A DNA stretch of 63,819 nucleotides, counting the filler, from Pelomyxa schiedti (taxonomy: Eukaryota > Protista > Evosea): NCBI GenBank assembly GCA_020536535.1. It is 15 parts of 15 records of this genome, joined end to end, with 100 filler letters (N's around TTAATTAATTAA, not from the genome) between each part and the next. Parts side by side here need not be neighbours in the genome. Positions count along the whole stretch, not along the records: positions 62,382 to 63,819 come from JAHLWZ010002504.1; 14 more parts are not named here. One strand, given 5' to 3'. A program made the translations under genes and the position numbers. The notes below the pieces were generated by a model that ran no database searches, was not told the DNA's origin, and saw only the letters and a list, made by a program, of their open reading frames with translations. Below are positions 62,382-63,819 of the stretch, piece after piece. Each line of letters begins with the position of its first letter. Positions within the stretch are counted from its first letter, which is position 1.

Positions 62382-62846
62382 CTGAAGCTCTTGACTGTGG
62401 ACCTAGCAAAGAGCTTCTCAAGGGGATCCTTGGTCACCGTGACGGAGGCTTCGCACTGTGGATACTGGCATCCCTTCCTGTTCATGGATGACCTGGGCCA
62501 CAACCAAGCCGCTATGCAACCTGTGTTTGGAGCAGATGAGAGTGAGGTAGCAGTGAACCTCACAACGGGTCAGAGGACAAAGCTGTGCAATTCCACGTCC
62601 ATTTCCAAGGTGAACAACCAACTTGTAAAGCTGGACACCACCACATTCAACGTGTTCACAGGCCAAGCTTGCTCACTGATACCAAGTGGTTGGATGCCTC
62701 AGACCATCGCGGACCGCGGCCTGGTCCTGGCGTCAGCATCATCAGGCACATCGTTTTACCGAGCTGTGATTGACACACAGACTGGGTCCACACTGTGCCG
62801 TGTGTTAGGTCCTAGACCTGGTGATCTGGGAATCTCATTCCTCTGA
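62382..62846 (+). CDS. DQF-family protein H, C-terminal part
   Basis: LLTVDLAKSFSRGSLVTV...VNLTTG...GLVLA...AVIDTQTGSTLCRV matches the VD-L-x-x-[TS]-F and D-x-x-[ST]-G family motifs. Confidence 0.6.
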   Translation: MKLLTVDLAKSFSRGSLVTVTEASHCGYWHPFLFMDDLGHNQAAMQPVFGADESEVAVNLTTGQRTKLCNSTSISKVNNQLVKLDTTTFNVFTGQACSLIPSGWMPQTIADRGLVLASASSGTSFYRAVIDTQTGSTLCRVLGPRPGDLGISFL

Positions 62847-63347
62847 TAAAGGAAGGAATCACTCGCTTCTCTGAGGGCAATGTGTTACACTGAATTAAAA
62901 TCTTTTCCCAGTTCAAACCATCAAAGAAACACAATGTGCAAGAACTTGGAACAACGTGTGATCGACGCCGAGACACAGTGGGGCAGTGTGAATGAGAGAA
63001 ATCTTTGAGAGAGTAAACCAAACAGGTGTTATTATCTCCAATATCTCAATTCCAACAAACACACTTTTCCAACACCACAGTCGCCGTTTACAAACAGCTT
63101 GAGTGATCGCCTCGTGTCGTTTCGCCACGTGGATCCTTGTTTGATGTTTGATGAAACTCCGAACCCCGGACATCATCAAACACAAAGACTGGAGGTTAGT
63201 CAAAGTGGCCCAAATGGTCAGAAAGTAGCACATTGGGTCATTTCCTGAAGGTGGTTCAGACAATCTTGAAAACGACGTGGTTCAGTGGACAATCACATCT
63301 CTGGAAATTCCCAGAAGAGGTTGGGACAAACCAACACTGCCAGAAAG

Positions 63348-63725
63348 ATGTCTTCGCCGACCGATGGAAAAGCAGAAATAAAAGCGATGCTGGACGTCAA
63401 AACACAATGCATCGTTGTTGGTTCTGACGAGTGTGTGAACACGTTGTTTGGGGCCCTGGCAACGTTGGGAACAGTCACCATCTCTTCGGACTCTCGAGTG
63501 ATCACCGTCACGCGACGTGCATTGGATGGTGCCGATGAGGAGGAGGAGCCAAAGGCCTTACCTTACAACCACCAGGCTTTCAAGGAGTGCACTGCACTGC
63601 GGGTGGTGGACAAGGTCAAGGACGAGCAAAAGCAGCTTGAAGCTAAGATTTTCGGTGTGTCGATTGAGGATGAGTGTGTATTTTACCGTCGCAACAAGGG
63701 CGATGTCAACATTAGTGCTGCGTGA
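63348..63725 (+). CDS. Small hypothetical protein (125 aa)
   Basis: ATG-initiated ORF with coding-like codon usage. No recognisable domain. Confidence 0.45.
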   Translation: MSSPTDGKAEIKAMLDVKTQCIVVGSDECVNTLFGALATLGTVTISSDSRVITVTRRALDGADEEEEPKALPYNHQAFKECTALRVVDKVKDEQKQLEAKIFGVSIEDECVFYRRNKGDVNISAA

Positions 63726-63819
63726 GTTATTCCCTCTCTCGTGCCAACAGACAAATTAATTGCTTTTTTAATTAATTTGGTCCAAACCAGGGCTCTGAGG
63801 AGAAAACGTATATTTCTTT

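Overview
This is eukaryotic, not prokaryotic, DNA. It is a pseudo-scaffold of about 15 unrelated contigs joined by 14 artificial 100-nt linkers (N44-TTAATTAATTAA-N44), with six 100-N scaffold gaps, four of which have ~120-nt duplicated flanks. The genes are compact and intron-rich (many ~40-50-nt GT-AG introns with weak donors, a few GC-AG introns, microexons). Gene style and families suggest an amoebozoan, probably an archamoeba such as Pelomyxa (inference). Recognisable spliced genes: GINS Psf2, PP1 catalytic subunit, AATF/Bfr2, SERRATE/Ars2, EFM7, two head-to-head Rab5-like GTPases, a synapsin homologue, a Ras, a membrane class III adenylate cyclase, DDX41, NAA50, a coiled-coil RING protein and an ankyrin-kinase pseudogene. 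The most interesting signals are: (1) an expanded, intronless, fast-turnover gene family (N-terminal DQ-x-x-AL...RCG motif, C-terminal D-x-x-[ST]-G motif) with about 9 loci here; (2) a structured repeat terminus abutting the coding sequence of two unrelated genes, including Psf2; (3) a triple TIGR03067-like domain protein whose three repeats share intron positions; (4) a pair of ARA6-like N-acylated, non-prenylated Rab5 paralogues; (5) a 66-bp fold-back hairpin built from a retrotransposon gag remnant. All calls were made by eye; no database search was run.
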